Assembly: GCA_945865405.1 (NCBI GenBank)
Contig: CAMBDS010000011.1
Coordinates: forward strand, 3,333-67,332
Source of the DNA: Caldithrix abyssi DSM 13497
GTDB lineage: Bacteria; Electryoneota; AABM5-125-24; Hatepunaeales; Hatepunaeaceae
DNA: 64,000 nt
Reading direction: 5' to 3'
Positions 61,058-64,000 of this stretch are shown one piece after another. Each line of letters begins with the position of its first letter. The stretch's first letter is position 1. A model generated the notes under the pieces. That model had not been told where the DNA came from. It saw nothing but the letters and a program-made list of their open reading frames with translations, and ran no database searches. The translations under genes and the position numbers were made by a program.

Positions 61058-64000
61058 ATGCGCATCGCTTCAACACTCGCCACCTTGGCACTGCTCGCAA
61101 CTTCAGCCTTCGCCGCCGCGCCCACCAACGACGCTTACACATTCACGCCGCAGAACGTGCTTGACATCGCAAGGTTGGCTTACGAGCCTTCGGCGGGGAT
61201 AGACTCCGTCGTGCTCTCTTCCGGACAGGTGATCCGCCAGTCGGGGCATTGCGGCACGCCGGTGCTTATGGCACTTGAGGAGGCTCTACGCACAACCGAC
61301 CTCTCGCCGGCAATGCGCCAGCAGATCGAGGAGCTTGGACGGGATGGGGCGGATGATTTGGATAGAACTTACAACACACGTAACTTCCGCATCCGCTTCA
61401 CCACCGACGAGGATGACGACGATTGCGTCTATATGCCAAATGATGTAGATCGCAACACCCCAGATGAGGACGGTAATCCAACTCCGTGGTATATCGTTGA
61501 ATTGGGGCAGGCTCTTGAACGTGCGTTATCCGCCTATTCGGACTTTCGTTTTCGTGAGCCAGACGCGGATGACCGAAGGGATATAGAAGTTTGGGATTTG
61601 GAGAACAATTGGTTTGACAGACTGTTGGGAAGACCAGCCGCATGGGGACGAACAGCTCACAATCATTCAATCGAAATCGACAACAATATGAGCCAGGAAC
61701 CTGGCAGCGACCTGACTGATCTGTTCATGAGGGATGTCGCAGCACACGAGTTGTTTCACAAAGTCCAATTTGAGTATTTCGATTACATCTTAAACTACCC
61801 GGTTGAAGGCGTTTTTTCCGAAGGTTGGTTTATGGAAGGAACCGCTGACTGGGGAACTGACATGGCGGATGATGATCTGAATGGCTACATACTGACTGCT
61901 AACCAATTACTTGATGATCCCGGTATAGATCTGCGGAATGCTGATTATACTGCCAGCCTATGGTGGAGATTTGTCTGCGAACAATTCGGCGGCGAGCGTG
62001 ATGAGCCAGGAGTTGGAGCTGATTTCATGCGAGCGGCCTTCGAAGCCATAGATGAAAACGGCGGTGATGGAGTCGAAATGATAGATGAAATTCTTCAAGC
62101 GGAAGGTAACGTAGATTTTGAAACTGCATTCGCCCGCTTCTTTGTAGCAAACTACGTTAAATCTCTGCCCAATCCAGCGCAAGAATATAATTACCTTGAA
62201 AAAGACGATTTTTTTTATCAGAATCATGAGGGTCTTCGCTATCACGAAGTGGCTATCCAGCACGAATATACTCTCGATCAGGATCATCCCGAATTCGACT
62301 ACCACTCAGACCGCAATCCCCTTCAGCCTTGGTCGGCGCAATATTTTGAAATCAATTTAGAGGAAGAAAACGCCTCTGTGAGGATCACTCTCTCCGGTGA
62401 TGAAGATGGCGAATTCATCTGGCAAGCTTTGGCGATTGATGGCAACGAAAACCTGATACAGATCTACCGGAGCGAAGAGACCGAAGCCGAATTCGAAATA
62501 AACGACGAGAATCTGGCCAAGGTCGTCGTCGTGGCGGGAGCGTATGGGGAAGGGGGAGGGTTTGAGGTGGAGGTGAGGACTGCCTCGCGAGATCTGTTCA
62601 CAAGGCATGAAATCGACCGCTTTGAGGACTGGAAAGGTGCTTGGTGGGGTGCGAGCACGGCTGATCTAGATCTTGATGGGGATGTCGATCTGTTAGTAGG
62701 AACATATAAGGAATTAAATGGAAGTAGAAGCGATATTTACTGGTATGAGAACACAGACGAGCATCAATTCAGGCGACATATCGTTGATGACGATCCAGCT
62801 GGCTTTGTTTTCGGTAAAGTCAATGCTACTGATTTAGACAGAGATGGTGATCTTGATCTGATAGTTGGAACACAGAGCCACAATGTTTGGTATGAAAATG
62901 ATGGAAGGCAACAATTTACTAGTCATATTATTAATGATATTGGGTCTGATTTCTCCGATATCATCGCCATTGACTTAGATAACGATGGTGACCTAGATCT
63001 TGCGGGTGGCCTCTGGTGTCAGAACGATGGACAGCAGAATTTTGATCGAATTATTGAGAATGTATTTGGATACCCAGTTGACATTGATAATGACGGTGAT
63101 TTGGATGGAGTCTCTGGCATGTCAATTTTTGAAAATAATGGAGAGATGGAATTCCAACGTATAGTTATCGACGACAACCCTGGCGGTCACAATTATGGAC
63201 ACCCCAAACCATTCGATTTGGACGAAGATGGCGATCTTGATTTTGTTGTGGGGACAGAAGCTCAAAATCTAAACCAAGTGCTATTTTATGAGAACGATGG
63301 TCGGCTAAATTTCGAACGGCATGTAATCGATAATAACCCAGGAGGGTATATCCGCGGCTGTATCAATGCTGCTGATATTGATGGAGACGGAGACCTGGAT
63401 TTGACTGTTGGCACGTATGAAGGTAACCAAGTTTTATGGTATGAAAACATCGCTCAGGGTCAATTCACTGAGCACCTGATTGAAAATCCTGGGGGTTGGG
63501 TTTGGGGAGGAGTTAGTATTGCCGACCTAGACGGTGATAATGACTTCGATTTGATTGCGGGTACAAATCGAAGTGGTGGCCTTTTTTGGTATGAAAATAA
63601 TTCAAGAGACCACCTCTTAGAGAGTCTCAAGTTGCTAAGGGGTGTTGATGCTCGCCCCTCCCCTATTTTCGCCTCCCTCGATCCCAACTTCTCCGCTTCA
63701 TTCTCCGTTCAAAATGTTGGCGGCGAACCGCTTCGAGACATAACCCTCGTTTCAACAGTCTCCAACGCTCAGGGCAATCGTCTCTTCGACCTTGAGGAAG
63801 TTCATTTCGATGCTGTTGAGCCGCGCGAATCGGTTGATTACGGGCCAATCGAAGGCACTCTGGAGACGCCCGGAACATATCTTATCCGTGCTCGCGCATT
63901 CGTAGGAGGCCACGAGGTTGAACTTGAAATCGATGACGAAGCGACTAACCCCGTCCGCGTCCGTGTCGAATATGGCCTCGTCCACTTCGAGCCTCCTGCC
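61058..64000 (+). CDS. Large secreted zincin metalloprotease with FG-GAP repeats and an Ig/CARDB-like domain, truncated at the window end
   Basis: Translated by hand (absent from the ORF track): MRIASTLATLALLATSAFA signal, HCGTP, VAAHELFHKVQ...WFMEGTADW, seven D.D.DGD.D-type repeats, FSVQNVGG; no stop before 64000. Confidence 0.88.
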   Translation, partial: MRIASTLATLALLATSAFAAAPTNDAYTFTPQNVLDIARLAYEPSAGIDSVVLSSGQVIRQSGHCGTPVLMALEEALRTTDLSPAMRQQIEELGRDGADDLDRTYNTRNFRIRFTTDEDDDDCVYMPNDVDRNTPDEDGNPTPWYIVELGQALERALSAYSDFRFREPDADDRRDIEVWDLENNWFDRLLGRPAAWGRTAHNHSIEIDNNMSQEPGSDLTDLFMRDVAAHELFHKVQFEYFDYILNYPVEGVFSEGWFMEGTADWGTDMADDDLNGYILTANQLLDDPGIDLRNADYTASLWWRFVCEQFGGERDEPGVGADFMRAAFEAIDENGGDGVEMIDEILQAEGNVDFETAFARFFVANYVKSLPNPAQEYNYLEKDDFFYQNHEGLRYHEVAIQHEYTLDQDHPEFDYHSDRNPLQPWSAQYFEINLEEENASVRITLSGDEDGEFIWQALAIDGNENLIQIYRSEETEAEFEINDENLAKVVVVAGAYGEGGGFEVEVRTASRDLFTRHEIDRFEDWKGAWWGASTADLDLDGDVDLLVGTYKELNGSRSDIYWYENTDEHQFRRHIVDDDPAGFVFGKVNATDLDRDGDLDLIVGTQSHNVWYENDGRQQFTSHIINDIGSDFSDIIAIDLDNDGDLDLAGGLWCQNDGQQNFDRIIENVFGYPVDIDNDGDLDGVSGMSIFENNGEMEFQRIVIDDNPGGHNYGHPKPFDLDEDGDLDFVVGTEAQNLNQVLFYENDGRLNFERHVIDNNPGGYIRGCINAADIDGDGDLDLTVGTYEGNQVLWYENIAQGQFTEHLIENPGGWVWGGVSIADLDGDNDFDLIAGTNRSGGLFWYENNSRDHLLESLKLLRGVDARPSPIFASLDPNFSASFSVQNVGGEPLRDITLVSTVSNAQGNRLFDLEEVHFDAVEPRESVDYGPIEGTLETPGTYLIRARAFVGGHEVELEIDDEATNPVRVRVEYGLVHFEPPA

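Noticed and set aside
61398-63985. Several minus-strand ORFs in the track
   Set aside because: Antisense shadows of the long plus-strand zincin/FG-GAP gene.

Overview
This 64 kb window is ordinary bacterial chromosome, mostly coded on the minus strand. Housekeeping genes include pntAB (split alpha), dnaE, asnS, cstA, acs, gltS, gpsA-plsY-purM, lptFG, an M16 peptidase pair, gpmI and tRNA-Leu(CAA). They are interspersed with secreted or surface proteins: an M6 metalloprotease, two PKD lipoproteins, two proteins with T9SS-type C-terminal domains, and a large zincin/FG-GAP protein running off the right edge that the ORF track missed. The T9SS-type domains and GWNLIS repeats suggest an FCB-group organism, possibly Calditrichota/Electryoneota-like (inference only). 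I saw no CRISPR array, rRNA, integrase or transposase. The best leads are: a recurring Arg-Asp motif at propeptide and domain junctions of three secreted proteins (possible proteolytic maturation signal); tandem TMEM260-like and TMTC-like glycosyltransferases next to a secreted protein; a membrane domain fused in frame to GpmI behind pspC; a solitary TIR protein; a ChpT-like pseudo-histidine kinase; and a decayed methyltransferase. All family assignments come from motif recognition, not database searches.
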